Positions 11,415-25,339 of a DNA stretch of 64,000 nt are shown here, one piece after another. Source of the stretch: Anaeramoeba ignava BMAN. Lineage: Eukaryota > Protista > Anaeramoebae. Within the stretch, counting starts at the first letter, position 1. Each line of letters opens with the position of its first letter. The stretch spans positions 124,001-188,000 of the forward strand of contig JAPDFW010000080.1 in the NCBI GenBank assembly GCA_028826165.1, in the 5' to 3' direction. The position numbers were made by a program, and so were the translations under genes. The notes beneath the pieces are model-generated. The model was not told where the DNA came from, did not search any database, and saw only the letters and a program-made list of their open reading frames with translations.

Positions 11415-14056
11415 TTATTGATTTAAATGATCTAATTTCAGGCTTACAAAAGAAAAAAATATATTGATAAATAACAATACAGATCCAAAAGCAACAATGT
11501 AATCAGAAACAGTTTTTATTTGTGTTGAATTTATATTAATTTGATTAAGTAAATCCATCATATTTTTTTTAGGGAATTCTTTGTTGATTTTTGGAGAATT
11601 ATTTTGATTATTTTGATTATTTTTTTGATTAACAAAATCAAATTCAGAATCAATTTCAGAATCAAATTCAGAATCAGTTTCATGTTCAGTTTTATTTTGA
11701 TTTTCTTCAGAATCAAAATCAGAAGTAAATTCCGAATTAGTTTCTTTTTCTTTTTCATTTTCTTTTAAATTTTCTTTTAAATTTTCTTTTAAATTTTCTT
11801 TTAAATTTTGATTTTCTTTTAAATTTTCTTTTTCTTTTTCATTTTCTTTTTCTTTTTCTTTTTCTTTTAAATTGTCTTTTAAATTGTCTTTTTCTTTTAA
11901 ATTTTCTTTTTCTTTTAAATTGTCTTTTGATGAATTTTTTGAAAAAACATCAAATAAAAATTCAACAAAAGCATGAGTAATTAAACCTCCATCCATTAAA
12001 AAAGAAGGAGTAACATTCATAATAACTAAAGCACTAGAAATAGAAACAAAATATTTTAATAATAATTGGAAATATTGAGGGATTTTTAGTAAAACAGGAA
12101 ACCATTTAGAAATCCCTAATCTATCAATATAATCACCAACTTTGAGAGCTTGATATAATATTTCCGGTTTTTCATGGAAAATAACAACATTTCCACTTTT
12201 CATTTCAAATCTAATTAACATTTTTTCATTGATTTGCTCTTCAAAAATACATTCTTCACTTTCGGGACACATTTCATTATTAAAACATCGAGTATTTGTA
12301 ATTACTGAAGAAACTGGAAGACATATTTTCTGATGCAAAAATGATCTAAAGCAATGAAGTAATTGCTCGTTTTTGATTTCTGAGAAATCTTCATCACAAC
12401 AATATAAACCATATTTATCACTTGATGATTTTGCTTGTTTTTTTGAAACACAAAATCCTTGAATGTCAAAATTTAAATCTTCAATAAGAAATCTAAATTG
12501 GCTTGCTTCTTCACTTGAGTATCCTAATGAATTACTCAAATAAATGTAATTGAGATTTGAGTTTGCATTTTCAAAATGTGTTATTCTGTTTCTATTTTCT
12601 TGCGATAAATGTTGAAATGCTTGAACATAATCATTTATTGTTTTTATTTTGTGTTCGTTAATTTTCAATATTGAATCACTAGCTTCAAAAAGCGGTTTTT
12701 TTGTTTGGAAATTTGTTTGTAATTTTTCATTGTGTGAAATTATAACTGCTCCTTCTTGATTTGTGTAAAATATTGATATTATTGTTGAAAAGAAAACTAA
12801 AACTAGAATTGATAAAATAATTCCAAACATATTATGCCAAATTCCAGCACAATAAATTTTCAATTTTTTTTGTGGGGAAGCTTGATGAATTGTCTAATAA
12901 TGAAAATAAATATTTATTTAATTTAATATTTAATTTAATATTTAATTGAATATTTATTTAATTTAATATTTAATTTAATATTTATTTTAATATTTATTTT
13001 AATATTTGATAAAAATACATCAGGAATATCAACAAATGCACCTGGATAAATTACTGCTAAAAAAATTCCAAATCTTTAAAAAAAAAATTTCCCAAGAAAT
13101 AAAGAAATAAATTATTTTAAATAAAATTAATTAAATTTGTTTTTTTTTTATAAACTACTTTCTAATTTGTATATCATGAGCAACTGATGCAAATGCATGA
13201 CCTAATTCATGAATAATTCCATTAAAAAAAAGTGCAAAAATAAAAAAAGGAAGATGTGAAGAAGGAACATTGATTCCAGGAATCTAAATTATAATTAAAA
13301 TCAAAATTTAAATTAAAATTAAAATTAAAATTAAAATTAAAATTAAAATCAAAATTTAAATTAAAATTATAATTAAAATTAAAATTATAATTAAAATTAA
13401 AATTATAATTAAAATTAAAATTAAAATTAAAATTAAAATTAAAATTAAAATTAAAATTAAAATTAAAATTAAAATTAAAATTAAAATTAAAATTAAAATT
13501 AAAATTAAAATTAAAATTAAAATCAAAATTAAAATTAAAATTAAAAATTAAAAATTAAAATCAAAATTAAAATCAAAATTAAAAATTAAAATCAAAATTA
13601 AAATTAAAATTATAATTAAAATTAAAATTAAAATTAAAATTAAAATTAAAATTAAAATTAAAAATTAAAATTTCAAATCGGATAAAAAATTAAAATTAAT
13701 ACAATTGGTGTTAAAACTTGTTCAATTTTTTTTGAAGGAACAACAAAACGAGATACAAATTTCCAAATATTAAAAATCCATAAGAAAAAAGAAAAAGCTA
13801 AACAAAACAAAGTAAAAAACACTCCAACCAAAAACCAAATCTTAAAAAAACGTCTAATCCAAGGTTTTCTTTTGAAAAAAAAAGTATTCAAATAATTGCT
13901 TAATCGATTTGATTTAAAAGTAATTGAAAATAATGAAATATTTAAACCAATTTTAGATTGAAATTTCATAATTAAATGTGGAAAAAAAACTGCAAAAATT
14001 CGAAGAATAATAAAAGAAAAGATCCAAATTATTATATAAATTGTAATTGAAAACAT
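11415..14056 (-). CDS. MBTPS2: Site-2 protease (M50 intramembrane metalloprotease), 4 exons
   Basis: Spliced product gives TPI|IPGINVP...IIHELGHAFA (HExxH), FGIFLAVIYPGAFVD, KIYCAGIWHN, a PDZ-like/Cys-rich lumenal region and NVTPSFLMDGG (LDG motif). Confidence 0.92.
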
Positions 14057-14191
14057 TATAATAAAGAAAAACAAAGAAAGAAAAAAAATGAAAAAAATGA
14101 AAAAAAAGAATAAAAATTTTAATTAAAAAAAATTTTTTTTTCTCCCTTTATTTAAAATTCTCCTTTTTTTTTTTGTTATTTAATTTTAATT

Positions 14192-17100
14192 TTAATTTGT
14201 TTTATCAATTGAAATTTGGATTGGATTTGGTTCTTTTGAAAGTTCTTGATTCCATTTATTTATTAATTCATTAATTTTTGCATCTTTATAAATCTTTTCT
14301 TTATTTGAATTCAATAACAAAATAATTGCTTCAGAAAATCTTTTATTTTCAACAAGTGTATTGAACATTAAGTCTTCTTCAAGGAAACAAGTCGCAAAAA
14401 TGGCTGGATCTGTTTTGTTTGATTGAATTAAACGTGGTAAAATATGATTTAATTTGCTTTTTTGTTCTGTTTTTGCTAAAAATAAAATATAATGATTTAA
14501 ATTTCTAGAATCAATTTCACTTGATTTTTCAAAAGATTGTTCAGAAATATCAAGTTGTTTTCCTTTGTAACTTTGTTCTGCAAGTTCTAAATAATTTTTT
14601 GCTAAAAATAATTCTTGATCCAAAAAAAAAAAGCAAAAAAAAAAAAAGTGGAACAAAAATTTTTTGAATTAATTTTTTCATTTGTTTTTTTGTTTTTTTT
14701 GTTTTTTGAATTTATTTACTTTGTGAATTGATATTTTTTGATTCTGTTTTATTAACTTCAATTTTGAAATTGATTTCATTTTCCATTTCTCTTAAAATGT
14801 TAAATCCATCTAAAAAAAGTTTGTTTCGAAGAAGAATTTCAAATTTTATTTGTGGATCAACACCTGAAAGATGAACACAATAATTTCCAAAACCTCTTTT
14901 ATCAAGAAATATTGCTAAATTATTATGTAACTTTGGATTGATAAATTGTATCCTAAATTTCAAATTAAATTTTAAATTAAATCAAATTTTAAATTAAATC
15001 AAATTTTAAATTAAATCAAATTTTAAATTAAATTTTAAATTAAATCTTAAATTAAATCTTAAATCAAATCTTAAATTAAATTTTAAATTAAATTTTAAAT
15101 TAAATTGTAAATTAAATTTTAAATTAAATTAAATTGTAAATCAAATCTTAAATTAAATCTAAAATTAAATCTAAAATTGAATTGTAAATTAAATTGTAAA
15201 TTAAATCTAAAATTAAATTTTAAATTAAATTGTAAATTAAATTGTAAATTAAATCTAAAATTAAATTGTAAATTAAATCTACCATTTCATTGCTTCTTCT
15301 GGATTTTTCCATTGAATAAGAAATTTAAATTTGAGAATTGGATGAAAAATTTTAATTTCTTGAAATTTTCTAAATTGATCAATTAATAGTAAATTATCAC
15401 CAATAAGAGTAATAAAGTTGATTTCACCTAATGGTCTGGGTTGTTTTGGAACAAATTCATCATCTAAAAATAGATTTGTATCTGATTCTATTCTATAAAT
15501 CATATCATGTTCTAATGATGCTATTATTTCATATTCAAGAATTTGTTCATCTTTATGAGGAAAAACTAAATAGAAATAGATTTAATTAAATAATAAAGCA
15601 AATTAATTAATTTAAAAAATCAATTTAAAATTAATTTAAAAATATTTCTTTTCAATTTAAAATCAATTTAAAATCATTTCAAAATTGTTTTAAAATTATT
15701 TCTTTCCAATTTAAAATCATTTTAATTTCATTCCAATTTAAAGTCATTCCAAAATTGTTTTAAAAATATTTCTTTCCAATTTAAAATCAATTTAAAATCA
15801 TTTCAAAATTGTTTTAAAATTATTTCTTTCCAATTTAAAATCATTTTAATTTCTTTCCAATTTAAAATCATTTTAATTTCTTTTCAATTTAAAATCATTT
15901 CAAAATTAATTTAAATCCAATTTAAAATCATTCCAAAATTGTTTTAAAATTATTTCCTTCCAATTTAAAATCATTTTAAAATCATTTCAAAATTAATTTA
16001 AAATCAATTTAAAATCATTCCAAAATTTCTTTTCAATTTAAAATCAATTTAAAATCATTCCAAAATTGTTTTAAAATTATTTCTTTTCAATTTAAAATCA
16101 TTCCAATTTAAAATCATTTCAAAATTGTTTTAAAATTATTTCTTTTCAATTTAAAATCATTTCAAAATTGTTTTAAAAATATTTCTTTTCAATTTAATTT
16201 CTTTTCAATTTAAAATCATTCCAATTTAAAATCATTCCAATTTAAAATCAATTTAAAATCATTTCAAAATTGTTTTAAAATTATTTCTTTTCAATTTAAA
16301 ATCATTCCAATTTAAAATCATTTCAAAATTGTTTTAAAATTATTTCTTTTCAAAATTGTTTTAAAATTATTTCCTTCCAATTTAAAATCATTTTAAAATC
16401 ATTTCAAAATTAATTTAAAATCAATTTAAAATCATTTTAAAATCATTTCAAAATTAATTTAAAATCAATTTAAAATCAATTTAAAATCATTTCAAAATTT
16501 CTTTTCAATTTAAAATCATTTCAAAATTAATTTAAATCCAATTTAAAATCATTCCAAAATTGTTTTAAAATTTTGTTTGAATAAAATTTCCTTTTTAAAT
16601 TGTAATTTACCGCAATAAACATCTTTTTCAGAAGCAAGAAAAAGAACTGTTGAAATCCAACAACCACTTTGAAAATTCATAACTATATGACCGATATTAT
16701 TAAACCTTGCCTGAACATCAAAAACATGAACCTCATTTTCATAAATCATTGCACAAAAACTGGCAGTATCATCGAAAAGAACAGAAATAGGAACAGGAAG
16801 AAAGCCGCTAATACTGCTATCACCTGTCCAAGAATAGAATTGAAAGCGAAGATCATGAATCAAATGACTTTTCTCAAATTTCGGAACATTTTCGACATTT
16901 TGGACCTTTTTCTTGGATTTGGTTTTGCGAAGAGGTTGCTCAGGCTTAACGTATTTTGCATTGATTTCTTCATCAGAAGCATAAGTGATTCCTAGAAGCA
17001 TTCCGCCATGGATCTCCAATATCGGCTTTGGAACCGAAAATTCTATGCTTTTCTTCGCTACATTGCTTAGTGTGTGTTCGTTCTGAAGAGATTCTTGATA

Positions 17101-18819
17101 GTTCGTTAAGGTTGTCACTTGCAAAACTGGCGGTTCATAATAATAAAGTTGGTCCTTGTTTTTTGTCTTTTTTTTCTTTGATTTTCCCGAATCTTCCAAA
17201 AGTTTTTTTTTGGGCGGGAAAAGAACTGCAAACCGATCGTTTTTTGCATTTTGTTCCCATTCAATTTGCACGCATTCTCCGCGATCGTGCTCTTTGAATG
17301 ATTGAGCTCCACAAATTTCAAAAACAAACTTGTCTTTATGGAATACAGAAAACAATCCTTTTGTTCCGCTTGCAAGAATTTTGATATCTTCATCGGGAAG
17401 AAAATCCTTTGCATACCGCGGCTTTTCTTGCTTGTTTTTCGAGTCCAAAAAATTGGGTTTTAACTCGAGAATTTCCACTTTCATTTTGTTATTAAGATAG
17501 TAAAGTTCCTTTTTGTTGTTTTCCAAATTCCTGATGAAAAAATTGGGGTCTTTTGAGGCCGTTAAATGAAGAGCAACAAAAACAATGATTCCCTTTGATG
17601 AAGCGCAGATGAATCTGTTGTGATATAAGGGATGCTGTTTGACACAGTATATTTTCAGTTGTCTGATGATATTTCCAGAAGAGTCTTGAAGCTCATGATG
17701 GATTTCCTCGCTTAAAGAAAAATAATGGTTGTCCCAATCAGTATTTTCTGAATGACTGATTGATTTCGTGATCCATCCCTTTGTGTCAATAAAAATAATC
17801 TCGTCGAGATCTTTGGAGACAGAAAACGGGAAAGTCCCAACAAGTTCTCTTTTGTTTTTCAACACTCTTTCGTTAGTTGTCAAATTTCCGTTTTTTGTGT
17901 CAAGTTCACAAAGTGTAACGGATTTGTCTGCATAATAAATTGCGATTTTTTTCGTCACCGGATCGTGCTGGAATTGCTGAACATATGAACTTGATTTTGT
18001 TTTGTTTTCGTTGATAAATCTGCTATTTGCAATCGAAAACAATTTCAATGTTCCATCAACAGATCCGCATAACAAACAAGTATTTTCTTGGAAATATCTG
18101 GCAAAATCTTCTTTTTCGGGTTTTGCCAGTTCAGTTTTGTTTTGGATCCATAAAACTTCCAATAAATTGAGCGGTTTTGTTGTGACTTCAACAAATTTTT
18201 CAATTTTGTTTTTTTTGTAGTTGTAAAATAAAAATCTGCCATCGGAAAGTCCAAGCGCAATAAAACCCCATGAATAAATGACTTCGGATGTCGTTATTGT
18301 TGCTTTTTGTAGTTGTTCTAATTGGAAGTCTCTGTGTTGATGTTTTAAATAGTCATAAGATAAAATGAAATTTTGGGTAACAATCAAAATGAGATGCAAA
18401 TCTTCTTCATCAACTGGGTTTTCAATAAAGAAGTTTTGAGGAACCATTTTGCGTTTTGTTTTGCCTTTTAATGCGTTGACTCTTTTCCACCAATTTATTG
18501 TCCATTTGTCGACAAAATACATGCTTTTAATTTGATCGATTTTCGGGTTGACTTTTTCTTTTGTTTTAGAAATTTCTGTTTGGAGATCAATAATATTTTG
18601 TATTTCCTTGCTTAATTTGTCTGCGATTCTTTTCTCGTAAATTTCCTCAAGACGAATTGTTTGAATTGCTGTTTTTGTTGTTGTGTTCCAGATAATGATT
18701 TCGTTATTTTCTGTTAAGGAAAGAATCCAAGGCAAAACTGGATGTGCAACAACAAGAGTTTGTTCAAATTTTGTTTTAAAAAAATATTCAATTTCGATTT
18801 CTTTAATTTTTTTTTCCAT
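14192..18819 (-). CDS. TTRAY2: TSET/TPLATE complex beta-propeller/solenoid subunit TTRAY2 (TWD40-2-like); exons 18819-16611, 15565-15283, 14952-14720, ~14613-14192
   Basis: Ordered motifs match plant TWD40-2 as I recall it: HPVLPW..IIIWN, IYEKRIADKL, IKSMYFVD..INWW, IYCVKQHPL, GGMLLGITY, FQFYSW...GFLPVP...FCAMIY, RPLGEI..LLLID, HNNLAIFL..HLSGVD..KFEI. Confidence 0.8.
15620..16570. repeat. Degenerate 11-22 bp array (AATTTAAAATC / AAAATTGTTTT) filling TTRAY2 intron 1
   Basis: Visible tandem repeat between donor 16610 and acceptor 15566. Confidence 0.85.
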
Positions 18820-18854
18820 TTGAAAAGAGAAAAATGAAAAATGAAAAATGAAAA

Positions 18855-20060
18855 ATTTGTTTTAAAATTGATTTAAATTTGTTTTAAAATTGTTTTAAAA
18901 TTGATTTAAAATTGATTTAAAATTGTTTTAAAATTGATTTAAAATTGATTTAAAATTGATTTAAATTTGATTTAAAATTGATTTAAAATTGATTTAAAAT
19001 TGATTTAAAATTGATTTAAAATTGATTTAAAATTGATTTAAATTTGATTTAAAATTTGTTTTAAAATTGATTTAAAATTGATTTAAAATTGATTTAAATT
19101 TGATTTAAATTTGATTTAAAATTGATTTAAAATTGATTTAAAATTGTTTTAAATTTGATTTAAATTTGATATAAATTTGATTTAAAATTTGTTTTAAAAT
19201 TGATTTAAAATTGATTTAAAATTGATTTAAATTTGATTTAAATTTGTTTTAAAATTGATTTAAATTTGATTTAAATTTGATTTAAATTTGATTTAAATTT
19301 GATTTAAATTTGATTTAAAATTGATTTAAATTTGATTTAAATTTGATTTAAATTTGATTTAAATTTGATTTAAATTTGATTTAAAATTGATTTAAAATTG
19401 ATTTAAAATTGATTTAAAATTGATTTAAAATTGATTTAAAATTGATATAAAATTGATATAAATTTGTTTTAAAATTGATTTAAATTTGATTTAAATTTGA
19501 TTTAAATTTGATTTAAATTTGTTTTAAATTTGATTTAAATTTGATTTAAAATTGTTTTAAATTTGATTTAAAATTGTTTTAAATTTGATTTAAATTTGAT
19601 TTAAATTTGATTTAAAATTGATTTAAAATTGATTTAAATTTGATTTAAAATTGATTTAAAATTGATTTAAATTTGATTTAAATTTGATTTAAAATTGATT
19701 TAAATTTGATTTAAATTTGATTTAAAATTGATTTAAATTTGATTTAAAATTGATTTAAATTTGATTTAAAATTGATTTAAAATTGATTTAAAATTGATTT
19801 AAATTTGATTTAAAATTGATTTAAATTTGATTTAAATTTGATTTAAATTTGATTTAAATTTGATTTAAATTTGATTTAAATTTGATTTAAATTTGATTTA
19901 AAATTGTTTTAAATTTGATTTAAATTTGATATAAATTTGATTTAAATTTGATATAAATTTGATTTAAATTTGATATAAATTTGATTTAAAATTGATCTAA
20001 ATTTGATTTAAATTTGATTTAAATTTGTTTTAAATTTGTTTTAAATTTGATTTAAATTTG
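18855..20060. repeat. ~1.2 kb 11-bp tandem array (TTGATTTAAA[A/T]), intergenic
   Basis: Highly regular direct repeat between the BRK1 3' end and the TTRAY2 promoter. Confidence 0.95.
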
Positions 20061-20243
20061 TTTCGTTCAATTTTAATTAAATTCATTTCACATTTTCATA
20101 AATTTTTTTTGTTTGAAAGATAAGTTCTTTATTGAATTTGAATTTGAATTTGAATTTGAATGTAAAATTAGTTCAAAAAAAAGAAAAAAAAAAGAAAAAA
20201 AAACAATCAAAATAAAAATTTGATTTTTGTTTTTTTTTTTGAA

Positions 20244-20544
20244 TTAATTGTTTCCATCAAGAATATCAGCTGTTTGAAGAGTTGCTTCAATAGAATCCAT
20301 TCTTCTTTCAAGATTATTTAACTTTTCAGCAATTTTTGCTAATCTGTATCTTGTTGATTTTTCTATAAAATAAATTTATTAATTTTTTAATTTATTTTAA
20401 TTTATTTATTTAAAACAAACCAAATTTATTCAAAAATTCAGTAACTTTCAAAATATTCATTGAAATGGATTCAACAAATTCTCTGTCTTTCCAATCTTGA
20501 ATTGTTAAATCATTTGTATGTTGAAATTTTGGTAAATGAGCCAT
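20244..20544 (-). CDS. BRK1: BRICK1/HSPC300, SCAR/WAVE complex subunit (exons 20544-20421, 20362-20244); not in the ORF track
   Basis: Spliced translation is MAHLPKFQHTNDLTIQDWKDREFVESISMNILKVTEFLNKF|EKSTRYRLAKIAEKLNNLERRMDSIEATL, with a 58-nt GT-AG intron. Confidence 0.9.
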
Positions 20545-20851
20545 AATAATAATTATAATAATAATTGTAATAAAAAAAGAAAAAAATGAAAAATGAAAAA
20601 TGAAAAATTAAAAATTAAGAAAAAAAAATTTTTCCTCTTTTCTTTTTATTAACGATTAATTTCCCAAATTGTTAATTTTCTTTTAATTTTAAATCTTTTT
20701 TGACTCTTTTTGTTTTTTCTTCTTTTCGTTTTTGAAATTTTTTTGAATAAAATTTTTTTTTTCATTTTTTTTCATTTTTATTGTTTATTTTTTTTTTTCA
20801 CTATTCAATTCAAATAATTTGAATAGGAAAATTTTACTGTTTATTTGAAAT

Positions 20852-22042
20852 ATGTTTTCTTCAATTATAAAAACAATATATTGGCTTCTTTCATCTTCAT
20901 CACTTTTTGTTTTCTACTTGATTTTTGGGACCAATTATGGACAAAAACAATCACTTACGGTTGTTTCACTTGAAATTATTTCATCAATTTTTGCAATAAT
21001 TTTATCAGGAAATTTTTTTTACAAAATAATATTTTCTCCTATTATGCTTATAGTATGGGGTATTTGCCTCACAGTTCTTTTTCATAAATTCCTTCCTGAT
21101 TACATTTCGCAATATTATTATGAATATTTCTTAGTGCATTCAATACCTGTGCTTTTTCTGATAGAGGCAGTTCAAGTGGTGCGTTTGATCTTGTTTTTCA
21201 ATCGCAAAAAATCAAGCGACTTCATGAACTCAAGAGTTCGTCATTTCCTCTTTAAACTTATTGTCTCAGTTTCCTGTTTTGGGATTTCTGCTCTGATGTT
21301 CTATCAGACACTTGCATGCTCAACTCTCAACGACGAGCTCTTGCTTTATGTCTATTCTGTGGCAGGTTTTATCGCTCTTTCCCTGATATTATCCCTCTTC
21401 TCAAAAAAGAGAAATATTTCTGACGCTGCAATGATTAGTTTATTTCTTTCTTTCACAATGAATAGCTCACTCAAATTTACATACCAACAAAAAAACTGCA
21501 ATTTTTTTCAAAACATAAAAATTTATCAAACTCATAATTCTTCAGACCCGCCAACTGTACCACATTCAGAGAGCCAATCTTCTTTTTCTTTTGTTGACCA
21601 ACTTTGGCAAATGCAATCGGATCCAAGAAATTTCACAATCTCGAACTTGAAGATTCTTGCAAGTCAAACAATCAAAGATTTACTTAATGAACAAAGTATT
21701 AAATATTTGCTTCCTCTTCTCAATTACATGCAGCCCTTATTTTCCTTCGCCCTTGCCTACTTTGCTGTCTTCTATATTCCTTATGATTTGAGTTACCAAA
21801 AATGGATCAGAAATCCAAAAGGTATTTTGAAAGCTGATTCTATTGTTATAAAAGAAACTCAATCAAGAAAAGCTCGTAAAATCGCTGGTTCTGGTTTTGT
21901 TAGAGCTGCAAGTTATATATTTATTACTTATCTTCTTTCTTTAATGAATTGGAAAATTCAACCCATTTGGTACATTTTTCAAAATATTTTAAGTTCTGTT
22001 TTGTTTATTATTCTTTTCATTTATGATACTTTTTCAACTTGA
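20852..22042 (+). CDS. Polytopic membrane protein, possibly ICE2/SERINC superfamily
   Basis: Intronless with ~8-10 hydrophobic segments. LIEAVQVVRLI and KRNISDAAMISLFLSF weakly resemble ICE2/SERINC helices. Confidence 0.5.
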   Translation: MFSSIIKTIYWLLSSSSLFVFYLIFGTNYGQKQSLTVVSLEIISSIFAIILSGNFFYKIIFSPIMLIVWGICLTVLFHKFLPDYISQYYYEYFLVHSIPVLFLIEAVQVVRLILFFNRKKSSDFMNSRVRHFLFKLIVSVSCFGISALMFYQTLACSTLNDELLLYVYSVAGFIALSLILSLFSKKRNISDAAMISLFLSFTMNSSLKFTYQQKNCNFFQNIKIYQTHNSSDPPTVPHSESQSSFSFVDQLWQMQSDPRNFTISNLKILASQTIKDLLNEQSIKYLLPLLNYMQPLFSFALAYFAVFYIPYDLSYQKWIRNPKGILKADSIVIKETQSRKARKIAGSGFVRAASYIFITYLLSLMNWKIQPIWYIFQNILSSVLFIILFIYDTFST

Positions 22043-22333
22043 TATTCTCCTTTTAAAAATAGCAAAAAATAATAATAATAAAGAAAAAGAAAACTGAAAA
22101 AAGTTTGTTTAATTGTTTTTTGTTTTTTTTTTGTTTTCTTTTTGTATTTGGTTGAATTGAACCAAATTATTTGAAACTTCAATTCGTTTTTTTTTTTTTG
22201 ATTAATTGATTAATTGATTAATTGATTTGAAAGAAAAAAAAAGAAAAAAAAAAAAGATTGAAAAATTTCTGAAAAGGATTAAAAAGTAAAGTAAAGAATT
22301 TGATTTGAGAAGAAAAAGAGGATCTTCACAAGT

Positions 22334-25077
22334 TTAAAGAGCTTGATAAGTAGTAGTTTTTTGGCGTTTGAATTTATGGAAGAACCAACCACCAATAAAG
22401 GTAACACCACTGCACAAAATAACGACCAAGAAAACATAACCTCCTTTCAATCCTGATGAAGATGAAGCTGATTGTGAGTATGATGGTGTTGGACATGGTG
22501 ATAATGTTGGACATGGTGGCCAACTGTAACATGGTGTTGGTGTTGGTGGGAATGGGTTTAATGGGCAACCGTGTGCTGTTACATATGTTACTTCTGTTCT
22601 TGTTGGTGTTGAAAGAGTAACTTCAGTGATATCGATAATTTCACCTTTTTTTTTTTCAAATTAAAATTTCCAAATAAAATTATTTTAAAAATTTTTTCCA
22701 AATATTGAAAGGAATATTTATAATAATTATTTAAAATTTTTCCAAATATTGAAAGGAATAAAATTATTTAAAATTTTTCCAAATATTGAAATAGTTGATT
22801 TCTTTTCTTACCTAGGCCTGCATCTGGATCACAAATGAAATCATAACGAAGATTATGAAGTGGATGAGAATCTCCATCATCGACTTGATAGTTCAAAGAA
22901 ATACCATCACTAACATTAGTGCTATCTGGTAAATATTTATAAGTTGTAATATTAAGTTGACCTAATTGATGACAACTTCCACTTGGGTCAAGTCTCCATC
23001 CTGGAAGAAGATCTGGAGTACAACACTAAGATGAATAAAAACAAAATTAAATTTATTATTAATATTTTATATTTATTAATATTATTTTATTTATATTTAT
23101 ATTTATATTTATTATTATTTTATATTTATTATTATTTTATATTTATTAATATTTTATATTTATTATTATTTTATATTTATTAATATTTTATATTTATTAA
23201 TATTTTATATTTATTAATATTTTATATTTATTCGTCATTTTTTCGGTTTTTTTTGCTTTTTCAAAAAATTAAATTATTTTTCGAATTTGATTGAAAATTT
23301 CAAAAATGAAAAAAGAAAAGAAATACATACAGGACAAAGAGGTTCATAACCAACAGTATCACAAATTGCCAAGAAATATTGGTCACCAGAGATTTGATTC
23401 TTCCAATAATACTCATCAATAAGCAAACTCAAGTCAAAAAGTTCATCTCCAAAAATTGTTTTACACAACCTTGGGTCTGGAGTTGGTGATGGTTCAGGTG
23501 AGGGCGTTGGATCTGGGCATGCAAGATATGTTCCAACGTTGATATGCAAATGTGGTGGTGTTGTATCGTATTCAAAAACGGAAATTAAATCGAAGTGATC
23601 ATCTTCATTACAGAAGAAATTGTAGACCATATTTGCTTTGGTTTGATTTGTTGGAGTTACTGTTTGATATGTTAATGTAACTCCAATCCAAGTATAATTA
23701 TCATCTATAAAAATTAAATACAAAATTTTTAATTTTAATTTCAATTTTAATTTTCAATTTTAATTTTAATTTTGATTTTAAATTTTAATTTTGATTTTAA
23801 TTTTAATTTTAATTTTAATTTTAATTTTAATTTTAATTTTAATTTTAATTTTAATTTTAATTTTAATTTTAATTTTGATTTTAATTTTAATTTTAATTTT
23901 AATTTTAATTTTAAATTTTAATTTAAATTTTAATTTTAATTTTAATTTTTAATTTTAATTTTAATTTTAATTTTAATTTTTAATTTTAAAATTTTAATTT
24001 TTTAAATTTTTAATTAAATTTTTAATTTTAATTTTTAATTTTTAATTTTAATTTTAATTTTAATTTTAATTTTAATTTTTTGATTTTAATTTTAATTTTA
24101 ATTTTAAATTTTAATTTTAATTTTAATTTTAATTTTAATTTTAATTTTAATTTTAATTTTAATTTTTAATTTTAATTTTAATTTTAATTTAATTTTAATT
24201 TTAATTTTAATTTTAATTTTAAATTTAATTTTAATTTTAATTTTAATTTTAATTTTAATTTTAATTTTGATTTTTAATTTTAATTTTAATTTTAATTTTA
24301 ATTTTAAAATTAATTTTTAATTTTAATTTTAATTTTAATTTTAATTTTAATTTTAATTTTTAATTTTAATTTCAATATTAATATTAATTTTAATTTTAAT
24401 TTTAATTTTAATTTTGATTTTTAATTTGATTTTTAATTTGATTTTGATTTTGATTTTGATTTTGATTTTAATTTAAATTTTAATTTTAATATTAATATTA
24501 ATTTTAATTTTAATTTTAATTTTGATTTTTAATTTTAATTTTAAATTCAAATAATTTTAATTTCAAATTCAAATATTAATTTTGATTTTAATTTTAATTT
24601 TAATTTTAATTTTAATATTAATTTTAATATTAATTTTAATTTTGATTTTTAATTTCAAATTCAAATAATAATTTCAAATTCAAATAATTTTAATTTCAAA
24701 TTCAAATAATTTTAATTTCAAATTCAAATAATAATTTCAAATTAAAGCATACCAATAAATCCCCAATTTTCACCAATGTCAAATTCACCCCAATCATAAC
24801 AAGATCCATTATTAAGTGATTTTCCAGTCATATTTGTAGGATTTGAGGCAGATACATTACAACAAGGACATTGAGTTTCATTAATTGGATTCAATGGTCC
24901 ACAAAGATTAAGAAAATATCGAATTAATGTATCAAGATCATACCATTGATAATTGGCTCCTAGTTTTCTGGCAGAAGTAAAATTGTAAGTGTTATGTACT
25001 GCCGGGAAAATACAAGTATCAGTTAGTACTCCTGTTGCGAGCAAAAGAATTCCAAAAATGAAAAAAATCCCTTTCAT
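22334..25077 (-). CDS. Type I membrane protein with two mannose-6-phosphate-receptor homology (MRH/ATG27-like) domains; 4 exons
   Basis: Signal peptide, then two repeats of (Y/F)(N/D)(F/L)..Y..N/A.C..C...F.C....T...CP. These are followed by PTPSP linkers, a TM helix (GYVFLVVILCSGVTFIGGWFF) and a short tail ending YQAL (YxxPhi). Confidence 0.75.
23730..24740. repeat. (TTTTAA)n hexamer array filling MRH gene intron 1
   Basis: Direct repeat. Confidence 0.9.
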
Positions 25078-25339
25078 TTGTCAAAACAACTAATGAATAT
25101 TTGACAAAAATGAAAAAAAAAATGAAAAAAAAAAATTTAATTTTTTTTAATTTAATTTAATTAAAAAAGAAAATGAATTAAAAAAAAAATAAATTAAAAA
25201 AAGGGGGCATAACTGATAAAATTTATTTAAAAAAGAAAAATATTTTTTTTTAATTAAAAAATAAAAAGGAGAAAAATATTTTTTTGTTTTTTTTTTTAAT
25301 TTAAAAAAAGGAGAAAAATATTTTTGTTTTTATTTATTT

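Noticed and set aside
14600-14660. Apparent non-canonical GG acceptor in the last TTRAY2 intron
   Set aside because: In-phase canonical AG acceptors (CAAG, TTAG) lie a few nt downstream.
18855-20060. Interstitial telomeric repeat
   Set aside because: The unit lacks the G-rich strand (no GGG) and resembles the other AT arrays.
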